Shown here: positions 29,962 through 41,005 of the stretch, in pieces | Layout of the letters: every line of letters begins with the position of its first letter | Numbering within the stretch: position 1 is the first letter of the stretch | Source: an uncultured Myxococcales bacterium | GTDB lineage: Bacteria; Myxococcota_A; UBA9160; SZUA-336 | Assembly: GCA_964557495.1 (NCBI GenBank) | Contig: CAZLBF010000040.1 | Location: forward strand, 1 to 41,441 | DNA length: 41,441 bases | Direction: 5' to 3' | The notes under the pieces: model-generated | Database searches by the model: none | What the model saw: only the letters and a program-made list of their open reading frames with translations | What the model was told of the DNA's origin: nothing | Program-made: the position numbers and the translations under genes

Positions 29962-30231
29962 TCAGCCGCCGGCGATGGCCGCGAGCACCTCGACCCGGTC
30001 GCCGGGATCGACGGCGTTCTCGAGCGCGTCCCTCCCGACCAGCTCTCCATTCCGGAACACCTTCACGAACTTGTGGAGCCTTCCGTCCCCGTCGAACAGC
30101 TGAGCCTCGAAGCCCGGGAACTTGGTGTCGACGGCGGCGAGGCACTCCCGGACGGTGCTCCCCTCCACGAGGACGTCGCCGACGCCAGCGGTGGGACCCT
30201 GGTAGGGGGGCGGGATGATCACCTTCGGCAT
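29962..30231 (-). CDS. MoaD/ThiS/CysO-family ubiquitin-fold sulfur-carrier-like protein (C-terminal GG)
   Basis: 89 aa ending in AAIAGG. The pattern IP....TAG...V.G.TV.E......FPGF..QL.D..G.L..FV.VF.N...V resembles CysO-type carriers. First gene of the AOR run. Confidence 0.8.
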   Translation of the reverse strand: MPKVIIPPPYQGPTAGVGDVLVEGSTVRECLAAVDTKFPGFEAQLFDGDGRLHKFVKVFRNGELVGRDALENAVDPGDRVEVLAAIAGG

Positions 30232-30293
30232 GCGCGGAGTGTAGCGTGGCCCCCGGCTCGATCGAGCGGCCGTTTCGCTATGCTCGCGCGGCA

Positions 30294-31232
30294 GTGGAAG
30301 AGCGAGACCTCTACGCCGATCTGGGAGTTGCGAGGGGCGCCAGCGACGACGAGATCCGCAAGGCCTACCGGAGGCTGGCCCGCAAGCACCACCCGGACGT
30401 GAACCCGGGCGACCCGGCGGCGGAGGAGCGCTTCAAGCGCATCTCGTTCGCCAACGACGTGCTGTCGGACCCCGAAAAACGCAAGCGCTACGATGAGTTC
30501 GGCATGGCGGGGCTGGCCGAGGGCTTCGACCCGGGGCAGGCCCGGACCTACCAGCGCTGGTCGCAGGGGGCGCGGCAGAGCCCCTTCAGCCACGCCTTCG
30601 AGCAGACCGACCTCGAGGACCTGCTGGGCGGCATGTTCGGAACGGGCCGCGGGCGGAGGCCGCGCGGGCCCGTACGGGGGCGCGACGTCGAGGGCGAGGT
30701 GAGCGTCGACTTCCTGGACGCCGTGCGCGGGGGGGAGGTGCGCGTCGAGATGCGCCGAGCCGACGGCGCGGAGAAGGCCCTGCGCATCAGGATCCCGCCG
30801 GGCGCCGATGACGGCACCCGGATCCGGCTGGCCGGCCAGGGGGAGCCCTCTCCGACGGGTGGCGAGGCGGGCGACCTGCTGCTCAGCCTGCGCGTCCGGT
30901 CCCATCCCGTGTTCAGGCGCGACGGCGCGAACCTGCTGCTCGAGGTTCCGGTCACGCTCCCCGAGCTGATCAAGGGGGCCTCGGTCGAGGTTCCCACCCC
31001 GGACGGGCCGGTTTCCATGAAGATCCCCGCTCGCTCCCAGAGCGGCCGGAAGCTCCGGCTGCGGGAGAAGGGAGCCGCGCGCCGGGGCGGCGCGGGCCGC
31101 GGCGACCTGTTGGTCACGCTGGTGGCCCGGCTGCCGGAGGCCGAGGCCGCCGAGCTGGACGAGATCGCCGAGAAGCTCGAGGCGATCTACGCCGGCGAAG
31201 ACGTGCGAGCGAAGCTCAGGAGGTCGCTATGA
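30294..31232 (+). CDS. cbpA: DnaJ-family co-chaperone without zinc finger (CbpA-like curved-DNA-binding protein)
   Basis: J-domain DLYADLGVARGASDDEIRKAYRRLARKHHPDVNPGD (HPD), a Gly-rich linker, and DnaJ C-terminal beta domains (G.DV...V....A..G.EV.V). No CxxCxGxG repeats. The GTG at 30294 gives a canonical J-domain N-terminus; GTG 30246 is an alternative. Confidence 0.85.
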   Translation: MEERDLYADLGVARGASDDEIRKAYRRLARKHHPDVNPGDPAAEERFKRISFANDVLSDPEKRKRYDEFGMAGLAEGFDPGQARTYQRWSQGARQSPFSHAFEQTDLEDLLGGMFGTGRGRRPRGPVRGRDVEGEVSVDFLDAVRGGEVRVEMRRADGAEKALRIRIPPGADDGTRIRLAGQGEPSPTGGEAGDLLLSLRVRSHPVFRRDGANLLLEVPVTLPELIKGASVEVPTPDGPVSMKIPARSQSGRKLRLREKGAARRGGAGRGDLLVTLVARLPEAEAAELDEIAEKLEAIYAGEDVRAKLRRSL

Positions 31233-31522
31233 GTTTCTACTCGCGATCGCGGATCGCGAAGCTGCTCGAGATCGATGAAGGCTTCCTCACCTCGCTCGAG
31301 AGCGAGGAGATCATCGAGATCGACGCGCCCGAGGAGGCGGACGGCGAGTACTCGGAGCGGATGCTGGAGCGCGTCCGCGTCGCCCACGAGCTGGTCAGCG
31401 AGCTCGACGTCAATCTGCCGGGCGTCGCGATCATCGTCCGCATGCGGGAGCAGATGTTCACGCTGCGCAGCGACCTGGAGCGAAGCCTGCGCGAGCTGCG
31501 CGACCGCCTCGAAGAGGAATAG
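31229..31522 (+). CDS. cbpM: Chaperone modulatory protein CbpM-like (MerR-type HTH)
   Basis: 97 aa. The start overlaps the cbpA stop (ATGA). The pattern IDEGFLTSLESEEII...RVRVAHELVSELDVNLPGVAIIVRMREQM matches CbpM and its usual position after cbpA. Confidence 0.75.
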   Translation: MSFYSRSRIAKLLEIDEGFLTSLESEEIIEIDAPEEADGEYSERMLERVRVAHELVSELDVNLPGVAIIVRMREQMFTLRSDLERSLRELRDRLEEE

Positions 31523-31533
31523 GGTCGGCGTCG

Positions 31534-32556
31534 GTGGCAGAGGTGGAAGACAAGCTGGTCTTCCTCGTATCGGCGCCCCGATCCGGGTCGACGCTGCTGG
31601 CGCGAATGCTGGGCGCGCACTCGAGAGTCGCCGGGGGGCCGGAGCCCCACGTGATCTCGCCGCTGGCACACCTCGGCTACTACGAGCGCGTCGACTCCGC
31701 TCCCTACGATCCCGTGATCGCGCAGCGGGGAATCCGCGAGCTGATCGCGCGGCTGCCGGGCGGCGAGGAGGATTTCCTCGCGGCGTGCCGGGCCTACACG
31801 GATCACCTCTACGCGCGCTGGCTCGAGAGTGCACCGGGGAAGTCGCTGCTGCTCGACAAGACGCCCGCCTACGCCCTGGTGCTCCCCTTCCTGACCCGAC
31901 TCTACCCGAGGGCCCGCTACGTGGTGCTGACGCGCTCGCCGCTCGCGGTGCTCTCCTCGTACGCGAACTCCTTCTACGACGGGGACTTCGAGGTCTCGGT
32001 CCGGCACAACCCGATCCTCGAACGCTACGTCCCGGCGATCGCGCGCTTCCTGCGCGAGGCGCCCGCCCCGCTGATCCACGTCCGCTACGAGCCGCTGGTC
32101 GAGAGCCCCGGCTCGGAGCTGGAGCGCCTCTGCGGGTTCCTCGATCTCGAGTTCGAGCCCGCCGCAATCGAGTACGGCGGCGCGCAGGGCGAGCCGACCG
32201 CACACAAGCGCGGGCTCGGTGACCCGCTGGGAGTCGAGCGGCACTCCCGCCCGGTCACGGACTCCGTCGACAGCTGGGCAGACGAGCTCGCGAGCGACGC
32301 ACAGCGGCGCGAGGTGGCGCTGCGCACGCTCGACCGGCTCGACGACGCCGACCTCGAGACCTGGGGCTACCGGCGCCAGCAGATCCTGGACGCGCTCCAC
32401 GAGGCGGCTCCCTCGGCGGTGCCGCGGCGCCGTCCGCTCAGCCGCTACGTGCTCGAGCGCAAGCTGCTGGTCGGCCTCCGCCGCAACATTCAGACCAACG
32501 CCTTCGGCCGCCTGGTCCGCCGCATCCGCCTCCTCTGCGACGTCCTCCTACGCTGA
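31534..32556 (+). CDS. Sulfotransferase family protein (PAPS-dependent type)
   Basis: 5'-phosphosulfate-binding loop LVSAPRSGSTLLARML and a 3'-PB-like YVVLTRSPLAVLSS region. 340 aa with a GTG start. Confidence 0.8.
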   Translation: MAEVEDKLVFLVSAPRSGSTLLARMLGAHSRVAGGPEPHVISPLAHLGYYERVDSAPYDPVIAQRGIRELIARLPGGEEDFLAACRAYTDHLYARWLESAPGKSLLLDKTPAYALVLPFLTRLYPRARYVVLTRSPLAVLSSYANSFYDGDFEVSVRHNPILERYVPAIARFLREAPAPLIHVRYEPLVESPGSELERLCGFLDLEFEPAAIEYGGAQGEPTAHKRGLGDPLGVERHSRPVTDSVDSWADELASDAQRREVALRTLDRLDDADLETWGYRRQQILDALHEAAPSAVPRRRPLSRYVLERKLLVGLRRNIQTNAFGRLVRRIRLLCDVLLR

Positions 32557-32639
32557 CAACCCGAGCCACTTTCACGGCGACTTGGTCAGGCGGTCTGCAC
32601 CTCACTGCGACAGGGTCCGGCGCTCCAACGACGCATCGT

Positions 32640-32758
32640 GGGGCGGTCTGCAGAGGGTGCGACGGGCGCTTAGTCTGCGCAGAGCGGTCTCGTACGCAAC
32701 ACGACGCGTACGAGCCCCGAGATAGCGGGCGCCCGGCGCGCCCTCTGCAGACCGCCCC
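32640..32758. repeat. Palindromic intergenic element, copy 1 (28-bp imperfect inverted arms GGCGGTCTGCAGAGGGTGCGACGGGCGC / GCGCCCGGCGCGCCCTCTGCAGACCGCC around a 59-nt core)
   Basis: Read directly from the sequence. A homologous, equal-length, same-orientation copy is at 41204..41318. Lies between the convergent sulfotransferase and SDR genes. Confidence 0.85.
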
Positions 32759-32804
32759 GACCCTGCAGCAGTGAGAGTCTTGCGTACTTCAGATGCGGGG
32801 TACC

Positions 32805-33575
32805 TCAGCCCTTGGGAGGCATGCGGAGGGCGCCGTCGAGGCGGATGACCTCGCCGTTCAGCATCGGGTTCTCGATGATCTGGCGCGCCAGCAGCGCGTA
32901 CTCCTCCGGGTTCCCGAGTCGCTTGGGGTGCGGGACGTTCGCCGCGAGGATCCCGCGCTGCTCCTCGTTCATCTGTCCCAGCAGCGGCGTGGCGAACAGG
33001 CCCGGCGCGATCGTGCAGCAGCGCACCATCAGGCTCGCCAGATCGCGCGCGACCGGGAGCGTCATCCCGACCACGGCTCCCTTCGAGGCCGAGTAGGAGA
33101 CCTGGCCGATCTGGCCGTCGAACGCGGCGACCGACGACGTGTTGACGATGACGCCCCGGTCGCCCATCGGCTCGGGGTCGTTCTTGACCATGCGGCTCGC
33201 GGCGATGCGGATCGCGTTGAAGGTCCCGATCACGTTGACCTCGACCACCTTTTTGAACGGCGCGAGCGGGTGTGGACCGTCGCGCGTGACGGTGCGCGTC
33301 GCCCAGCCGATCCCGGCACAGTTCACATCGATGTAGATGCTGCCGAGCTCCGAGACCGCGCGGTCGACCGCCGCCTCGACCTGCTCCTCTTCGGTGACGT
33401 CGCAGGGGCAGAAGATCGCCGCGGACCCGAGGTCCTTGGCGACCGTTTCGCCCGCCGACGTGGGCAGGTCCAGGATCGCGACCCGGCCACCCGCAGCGAT
33501 GATCTCCTTCGTCGTGGCGAGGCCGAGCCCCGAAGCTCCGCCCGTGACGACCGCGCCCTTTCCCTGGATATCCAT
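32805..33575 (-). CDS. SDR family 3-hydroxyacyl-CoA dehydrogenase (type II HADH / HSD17B10-like)
   Basis: TGGASGLGLA cofactor motif, NTSSVAAFDGQIGQVSYSASKGAVVGMT catalytic region, C-terminal IENPMLNGEVIRLDGALRM. Colinear with the HSD17B10 pattern as I recall it. Confidence 0.9.
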   Translation of the reverse strand: MDIQGKGAVVTGGASGLGLATTKEIIAAGGRVAILDLPTSAGETVAKDLGSAAIFCPCDVTEEEQVEAAVDRAVSELGSIYIDVNCAGIGWATRTVTRDGPHPLAPFKKVVEVNVIGTFNAIRIAASRMVKNDPEPMGDRGVIVNTSSVAAFDGQIGQVSYSASKGAVVGMTLPVARDLASLMVRCCTIAPGLFATPLLGQMNEEQRGILAANVPHPKRLGNPEEYALLARQIIENPMLNGEVIRLDGALRMPPKG

Positions 33576-33576
33576 C

Positions 33577-35493
<1,917 letters not shown>

Positions 35494-35568
35494 CGGGAGG
35501 CCCTCCCCCGACAGCGCGAAGCACTGCCGCGCCACGTCGGCGGGGCGTGGCGGGCGCATGGTAGCGGA

Positions 35569-35940
35569 TCAGCTTTCCTGGAGCCTCACGAATTCGCTAC
35601 AGCGGGGACAGGGGAAGGTATCGGGGAAGCGGGCGCCGTCGGGGACCGGGTAGTCGACCGGCTCGTGGCAGGCCGGACACCGCCCGGAGACCGACTCGAC
35701 GAAGCGGTCCTGCCGCAGGCGGCGCGCTCCGAGAACGACGGCGGCGACCAGGAAGGCGGGTACCCCGATCAGGTGCCAGACCGGGATCGGCAAGCTCACG
35801 AGCGCGCCCACCAGCATGAGCAGCGCGATTCGCAGGGCCCGCCCCACGCGGTGCTTCCGGTCGAGGTCGACGACGCGGGCACTCGCCACCGCGGGCTCCT
35901 GCCCGAAGACCTCCGCTCTGAGCTCGAGGCTGCGCTCCAT
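35569..35940 (-). CDS. Hypothetical small membrane protein with C-terminal CxxC...CxxC zinc-ribbon
   Basis: 123 aa. Two hydrophobic spans (ALRIALLMLVGALVSLPIPVW, IGVPAFLVAAVVLGA), then CPACHEPV...CPRCSEF. High GC3 in this frame. Confidence 0.55.
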   Translation of the reverse strand: MERSLELRAEVFGQEPAVASARVVDLDRKHRVGRALRIALLMLVGALVSLPIPVWHLIGVPAFLVAAVVLGARRLRQDRFVESVSGRCPACHEPVDYPVPDGARFPDTFPCPRCSEFVRLQES

Positions 35941-36033
35941 CGGCTGGCCTCTCGCGTTCCGGGTCCCCGAAAATATAGTGAATTCCTGAACCGGGGCACC
36001 CGGATACGGACCGGAGCCCGGCCCGGGCCGCCT

Positions 36034-36780
36034 CTAGCTTCCGACGGAGCGGACGATCGGAATCAGCTCTTCGAGGCGGTCGATGGTGTGGTGCGGCTCG
36101 GCGGACTCCCCGGCTCCGCTCCCGGGCGGCTCGGCCAACGGGCTGTGGATCAGCACCGTGTGCATGCCGAGCCGGCGTGCCCCCACGACGTCGTGCTCGG
36201 GCGAGTCGCCCACGAAGACCGACTCCTCGGGCCGAACCCCCGCCTTGCGCATGGAGTAGTGGAAGATCTCCGCGTCCGGCTTGCACGAGCGCGCCTCCTC
36301 CGAGCTGGTCCAGGCGTCCAGGTGCTCGGTCAGTCCGCATCTCTCGAGCATCGGGTGCAGGTAGTCGTCGTCTATGTTCGACACGATCGCGAGGTGGATC
36401 CCGTCGCCGCGCAGCTCGCGCAGCGTGTCGACGCAGTCGGGCCGCAGCTGGAACCTGTCGTAGACCAGCTTCCGCTGCTGCTCGTGAAACCAGTCGAGGA
36501 ACTCCTGCGTGGGCTTCCCGCCGATCGCCTCGCCGAAGCGCCTGAACGCGTCCTGAAAGAGCTCCCGGTGCAGATAGTAGGGACGATCGTGAAATGCCCG
36601 GAAGGACTCCTGGCTCGCCTCGGTGTAGGCGCGGCCCGCGACCTTCGGCTCGACGTCGACGCCCAGCCGCTCGACCGCCTCGACCAGGAGCGGATAGAAC
36701 CAGCGGCCGCGAACGTCTCCGTACGTGAAGAGGGTGCCGCCGAAGTCGAAGAAGACGGCTCGGACCTCGCGATCGGGCAT
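36034..36780 (-). CDS. HAD superfamily hydrolase (subfamily IA type)
   Basis: Motif [12 protein letters not shown], motif II LAIVSN, motif III/IV K...[24 protein letters not shown]. An internal ATG at 36780 is preferred to the ORF-track start at 37422. Confidence 0.85.
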   Translation of the reverse strand: MPDREVRAVFFDFGGTLFTYGDVRGRWFYPLLVEAVERLGVDVEPKVAGRAYTEASQESFRAFHDRPYYLHRELFQDAFRRFGEAIGGKPTQEFLDWFHEQQRKLVYDRFQLRPDCVDTLRELRGDGIHLAIVSNIDDDYLHPMLERCGLTEHLDAWTSSEEARSCKPDAEIFHYSMRKAGVRPEESVFVGDSPEHDVVGARRLGMHTVLIHSPLAEPPGSGAGESAEPHHTIDRLEELIPIVRSVGS

Positions 36781-36804
36781 CGCGCCACAGGCTAGCAGAG
36801 GCGC

Positions 36805-36810
36805 TAGAAT
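36805..36810 (+). promoter_or_regulatory. Candidate -10 element TAGAAT, 6 nt upstream of the ATG at 36817 (leaderless transcript suggested)
   Basis: Read directly from the sequence. No SD sequence lies between it and the start codon. Only 36 bp separate the divergent start codons at 36780 and 36817. Confidence 0.3.
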
Positions 36811-36816
36811 TCCGGC

Positions 36817-38094
36817 ATGTCGAAGCTCGAGGAGTACGCGGTGGCGGTGGTGGGCGGGGCCGTGGCCGGCGCGGAGGCCGCGTCGATCTTCTCCGCGCAG
36901 GGCTTCCTGACGGTCGTCTTCGAGCAGAACGACCGACCCTACGGGAAGATCGAGGACGGGCTGCCTCGCTGGCACGCTCGGCTGCGCCGCAAGGAGTACG
37001 AGACGATCGACCAGAAGCTCAGCCTGCCGCACATCCACTTCGTGCCGCGCACGAAGCTGGGCCGCGACCTGGATCTGCGCGAGCTCGCCGACGACTGGGG
37101 CTTTCACGCCGTCGTGCTCGCGCACGGAGCCTGGCGCGACCGACCCCTCGCGGTCGAAGGGGTCGACGCCTACGTGGGCCGCGGACTCGTCTACCAGAAC
37201 CCGTTCATCTACTGGTTCAACCACTACAACGAGGCGGACTACAGCGGCGAGCAGTTCGAGATCATCGACGGAACGGCGGTCGTCGGCGGCGGACTCGCGT
37301 CGATCGACGTCGCCAAGGCGCTGCAGCTCGAGTACGTGGCGCGGGCGCTCAGCGAGCGCGGGATCGAGCAGGACCTCGTCGAGATGGAGCTCGACGGCAT
37401 TCCCGCGACGCTCGCATCGCACGGCCTGCGCTACGAGGAGCTCGGCATTCAGGGCTGCACGCTCTACTACCGGCGCCGCGCACAGGACATGCCGCTCGTC
37501 GAGCTACCCGAGAACGCGAACGACAAGCTGCGGGAGCGGGCCGTCAAGACGCGCGAGCGCATGCTGCAGAAGGCGATGGAGAAGTACCTCTTCGGATTCG
37601 AGCCGCTCCACCTTCCCGTCGACAAGATCGTCGAGGGCGAGCGACTGGTCGGCATGGTGTTCGCCGGCACCCTCGTGAAGGACGGCAAGGTCGAGGTGAC
37701 CGACAAGCGCGTCGAGATTCGCGCGCCGCAGTTCATCAGCTCGATCGGCAGCATCCCCGAGCCGCTCGAGGGGATCGAGATGAAGGGCGAGCTCTATGCG
37801 TACGAAGACTGGGACACCGGTCGCATGAGCGCCTACCCGACGCTGTTCAGCGCGGGCAACGTCGTGACCGGCAAGGGCAACATCGTCTCGTCCCGCAGGC
37901 ACGCGAGGGCGGTCGGAAACCACGTGGTCGCCGAGTACTTCAGGCTCGCCGAGGAGGTGAAGCGGCTCGAGCCGCTGGCCGAGGGAAAGCGCGACGAGAT
38001 TCTCGCGCGCATGCGCGAGCACCAGGCGCGAGCGGGCTACGACGGCGACTACGCGGCCTGGATCGAGGCGGTCTCACCGCCCGACCTCAGCTGA
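36817..38094 (+). CDS. FAD/NAD(P)-binding oxidoreductase (GltD / adrenodoxin-reductase-like)
   Basis: Two dinucleotide-binding motifs ([14 protein letters not shown] near the N-terminus, [15 protein letters not shown] mid-protein) and C-terminal [14 protein letters not shown]. The specific substrate cannot be called. Confidence 0.65.
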   Translation: MSKLEEYAVAVVGGAVAGAEAASIFSAQGFLTVVFEQNDRPYGKIEDGLPRWHARLRRKEYETIDQKLSLPHIHFVPRTKLGRDLDLRELADDWGFHAVVLAHGAWRDRPLAVEGVDAYVGRGLVYQNPFIYWFNHYNEADYSGEQFEIIDGTAVVGGGLASIDVAKALQLEYVARALSERGIEQDLVEMELDGIPATLASHGLRYEELGIQGCTLYYRRRAQDMPLVELPENANDKLRERAVKTRERMLQKAMEKYLFGFEPLHLPVDKIVEGERLVGMVFAGTLVKDGKVEVTDKRVEIRAPQFISSIGSIPEPLEGIEMKGELYAYEDWDTGRMSAYPTLFSAGNVVTGKGNIVSSRRHARAVGNHVVAEYFRLAEEVKRLEPLAEGKRDEILARMREHQARAGYDGDYAAWIEAVSPPDLS

Positions 38095-38102
38095 CCGGAC
38101 CG

Positions 38103-40136
38103 GTGGCGAACCGCCTGGCTGGCGAGTCCAGCGCCTACCTGCTCCAGCACAGGGACAACCCGGTCGACTGGTACCCCTGGGGCGAAGAGGCCTGGGAACG
38201 CGCGCGGCGCGAGAGCCGGCCGGTGCTGGTCTCGATCGGCTACTCCTCGTGCCACTGGTGCCACGTCATGGAGCGGGAGTCGTTCGAGGATCCGGACACC
38301 GCGCGGCTCATGAACGAGCGACTCGTCTGCATCAAGGTGGACCGCGAGGAGCGGCCCGACGTCGACCAGATCTACATGGAGACGGTCGTGCGGCTCACGG
38401 GTGCCGGCGGCTGGCCGCTGAACGTCTTCTGCACGCCGGACGGTCGCCCGTTCTTCGGCGGCACCTACTTCCCGCCCGCCCCGGCGCACGGTCGCCCGTG
38501 CTGGCGCGACGTGGTCGAGTCGGTGGCGAAGGTCTGGGCGGAGCAGCGCGACGTGGTCGAGGGCCAGGCCGCCCGGATCCTCGAGGCCCTGCGCGAGCGC
38601 CCGTCGGCGCTGGGAGACCGACCCGAGGGAGCCGAGACGCTGCGCGGCCTGACGCGGCAGCTCATGGAGCAGGCGGATCGCGCCTACGGCGGCTTCGGGG
38701 GCCCGCCCAAGTTCCCGACGCCCACGAACCTGGAGGCGATCCTGCTGGCCCAGGCGCTCCACTGCGCACCGGCGGGGGCGTTCGACCAGGTCGTGTTCAC
38801 GCTGCACCGCATGGCTCGCGGGGGCATCTACGATCAGCTCGGTGGAGGCTTTCACCGCTACAGCACCGACGCGCACTGGCTGGTCCCGCACTTCGAGAAG
38901 ATGCTCTACGACCAGGGTCAGCTGCTGCGCGTCTACGCGGAGGCACATCGGCAGTCCGAGCCGCGCGACGCCGAGCTGGAGTGGCCCGTCGCCGAGACGA
39001 TCGAGTTTCTCGAGCGGGAGATGCGCGGGACGGAGGGCGGCTTCTTCGCGAGCCTCGACGCGGACAGCGAGGGGGAGGAGGGGCTCTTCTACGTGTGGAC
39101 GCCGAGCGAGGTCGACGCGGTGCTCGGGGCTGCGGAGGGAGCCGAGTTCTCGACCGCCTACGGGATCGAGGCGGGGGGGAACTTCGAGGCCACGGGGCGG
39201 AGCGTGCTCTCGCACGCGCTGGCGGGCGAGCGCGCGCGCTTTGCGGAGGCGCGGCGGAGGCTTCTGGAGGCGCGCGCCGGGCGCATCCGCCCCGACACCG
39301 ACCCGAAGCACGTCACGTCGTGGATCGCCTACGCGATCGGCGGGCTCGCGACAGCGGGGGCGGTCTTCGATCGGCGCGAGTGGATCGAGAGCGCGGCGCG
39401 CTCGGCCGACTTCCTGCTCGACCGCATGCTCGACGCCGACGCCGGCCTGCTGCGGATCTGGGACGGGACTCGCGCGCGGATCCCCGCCTTCCTCGACGAC
39501 TACGCGGCCACCCTGTGCGCGCTGCTCGACCTGCACCGGGCCGGTGCAGACGACCGCTACGTCGAGCGCGGCCTCGAGCTCGCGCACGCCATCCGGACGC
39601 GATTCTTCGATGCGGAGGCGCGCGATCTCTTCTTCGTGCCGATCGACGGCGAAGCGCTGGTCGTGCGCCCGAGCTCGGACTCCGACGGCGCCACGCCCGG
39701 TGCGTCCGGGCTCGCGACGCTGGGACTCGTGCGCATCTCGGAGCTCTCGGGAAGCGACGAGCTGAGGGCGGTCGTCGACGGCGTCCTCGAGACGCACGCA
39801 CCGATCCTCGCGCGCGCCCCCGCCCACGTTCCCACGCTCGCGCGCGCTGCGGCGCTGCGCGACGCGGGGCTCGGCGTCGGATTGGTGCTCGGCGACCCGC
39901 AGGCCGACGCGACCCAGCGGCTCGCGCGCCGAGCGAGAGAGCTGCTCGGGTCGGAGGACCCGGTGGTCGTGTTCCGCCCCGGGAGCGCGCCGAGCTGGCT
40001 GGCTCGCGACTGGATCGAGGGCCGCGAGCCGAAGGACGGCGCGCCGACCGCCTACATCTGTCGCGGGCGCGCCTGCTCGCTGCCGGCGACCGAGCCCGAC
40101 GCGCTGGTCCTACCGACGTCCAGCGGCGGGCCATAG
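38103..40136 (+). CDS. Thioredoxin-domain protein of the YyaL/DUF255 (SPATA20-like) family with a C-terminal (alpha/alpha)6-barrel region
   Basis: N-terminus [54 protein letters not shown] is the DUF255 hallmark. GGFHRYSTD and FEKMLYDQ follow; C-terminal [15 protein letters not shown] start. Confidence 0.9.
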   Translation: MANRLAGESSAYLLQHRDNPVDWYPWGEEAWERARRESRPVLVSIGYSSCHWCHVMERESFEDPDTARLMNERLVCIKVDREERPDVDQIYMETVVRLTGAGGWPLNVFCTPDGRPFFGGTYFPPAPAHGRPCWRDVVESVAKVWAEQRDVVEGQAARILEALRERPSALGDRPEGAETLRGLTRQLMEQADRAYGGFGGPPKFPTPTNLEAILLAQALHCAPAGAFDQVVFTLHRMARGGIYDQLGGGFHRYSTDAHWLVPHFEKMLYDQGQLLRVYAEAHRQSEPRDAELEWPVAETIEFLEREMRGTEGGFFASLDADSEGEEGLFYVWTPSEVDAVLGAAEGAEFSTAYGIEAGGNFEATGRSVLSHALAGERARFAEARRRLLEARAGRIRPDTDPKHVTSWIAYAIGGLATAGAVFDRREWIESAARSADFLLDRMLDADAGLLRIWDGTRARIPAFLDDYAATLCALLDLHRAGADDRYVERGLELAHAIRTRFFDAEARDLFFVPIDGEALVVRPSSDSDGATPGASGLATLGLVRISELSGSDELRAVVDGVLETHAPILARAPAHVPTLARAAALRDAGLGVGLVLGDPQADATQRLARRARELLGSEDPVVVFRPGSAPSWLARDWIEGREPKDGAPTAYICRGRACSLPATEPDALVLPTSSGGP

Positions 40137-41005
40137 CGAACCGCGTAGCGCGCCGACTCTCCCGGGTCGAGCTCCCGGACACTGAGCGAGACCCAGCTCA
40201 GGTCGGGTGCGACGTGCACCACCGCGGTCGGCACGAGCCAGCCGGTCGGACTCGCACTCGGTCGGCCAGCGCCCACCGGCAGGTAGACGCGCGCGCCGGC
40301 CGGGCGAGCCGGCCGGTCCCCGACGTTGCGGAGCTCGACCTCGAGCCGGCCCGGACCCTGCGACTGCATCTGCACCTCGAGCCCGGAGGGATGCGTGGGG
40401 GCTCCCTCGACCTCGACCGACGGCTGCCGCAGGACCCAGCGCAGGGCGTTCTCGACCTGCCGCGCACTCGGCTCGTGTGGAACCCAGACGACCGGACCCC
40501 GTCCATAGCGAGCTCGATGCAGCCCGGCCGGTCCACCGCCGCGCGCGCCGAACGACTCGGGACCGCCGGCTACGAGCCTCGACAGGATGCTGCGCGGCCG
40601 CTGGCCGGAGCTCCCGTCTGCCGCGCGGGCGGGCCGCCGGAGTACCACGCCGGTCCCCGGTCCGAGAAGCTCGGTGAGGGACTGGAGATCGGCGCTCGAG
40701 AGCTCCTCGCCGTCGCGGAGGACGAGCGCGACGTAGCGGTAGAGGTCCAGCCTCTCGAGGGCATCGGCCCGAACCACCTGGATCTCGGCCCCGGTCCGGC
40801 GAGCGCCCTCGACCCAGCGCGGCGTCGGGCCCGTGCCGCCCTCCGCGTCTCGCACCTCCCCGAGCTCGACCCAGGCGAGCTGAGGCGCAGGCGCCGCCCC
40901 GGAGCTCGCAAGGGAACCCGCCTCCTCGACGACCGAGAGCGCCCCCAGGAAGACGACGGCACCCGCAGTGGCGACGACGCAGACCGCGAGGGCGAACCGG
41001 CTCAC
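40052..41005 (-). CDS. Hypothetical secreted or membrane-anchored protein
   Basis: High GC3 throughout this frame. The GTG at 41005 is preceded by a GGGAGAG RBS and followed by a hydrophobic N-terminus ([20 protein letters not shown]). The C-terminal [13 protein letters not shown] segment is reminiscent of CARDB-type beta domains. The 3' end overlaps the convergent gene by 85 nt. Confidence 0.5.
   Translation of the reverse strand: MSRFALAVCVVATAGAVVFLGALSVVEEAGSLASSGAAPAPQLAWVELGEVRDAEGGTGPTPRWVEGARRTGAEIQVVRADALERLDLYRYVALVLRDGEELSSADLQSLTELLGPGTGVVLRRPARAADGSSGQRPRSILSRLVAGGPESFGARGGGPAGLHRARYGRGPVVWVPHEPSARQVENALRWVLRQPSVEVEGAPTHPSGLEVQMQSQGPGRLEVELRNVGDRPARPAGARVYLPVGAGRPSASPTGWLVPTAVVHVAPDLSWVSLSVRELDPGESARYAVRYGPPLDVGRTSASGSVAGSEQARPRQM

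Noticed and set aside
32640-32758. Interpreting the palindromic repeats as integron attC sites or as a CRISPR array.
   Set aside because: No RYYYAAC / GTTRRRY core sites flank the element and no intI gene is present. There are only two copies, 8.5 kb apart, and each is itself a palindrome of 115 bp rather than a short direct repeat separated by spacers. No cas genes are present.
36781-37422. Extended N-termini offered by the ORF track: 36034..37422, 13692..14831, 14699..15898, 9416..10810, 11215..12174, 11996..13021, 24900..27053, 15761..17725, 18570..21035, 21409..21807.
   Set aside because: The extensions are low-complexity, overlap neighbouring genes and lack family similarity. Internal starts coincide with canonical family N-termini, RBSs or stop/start overlaps.
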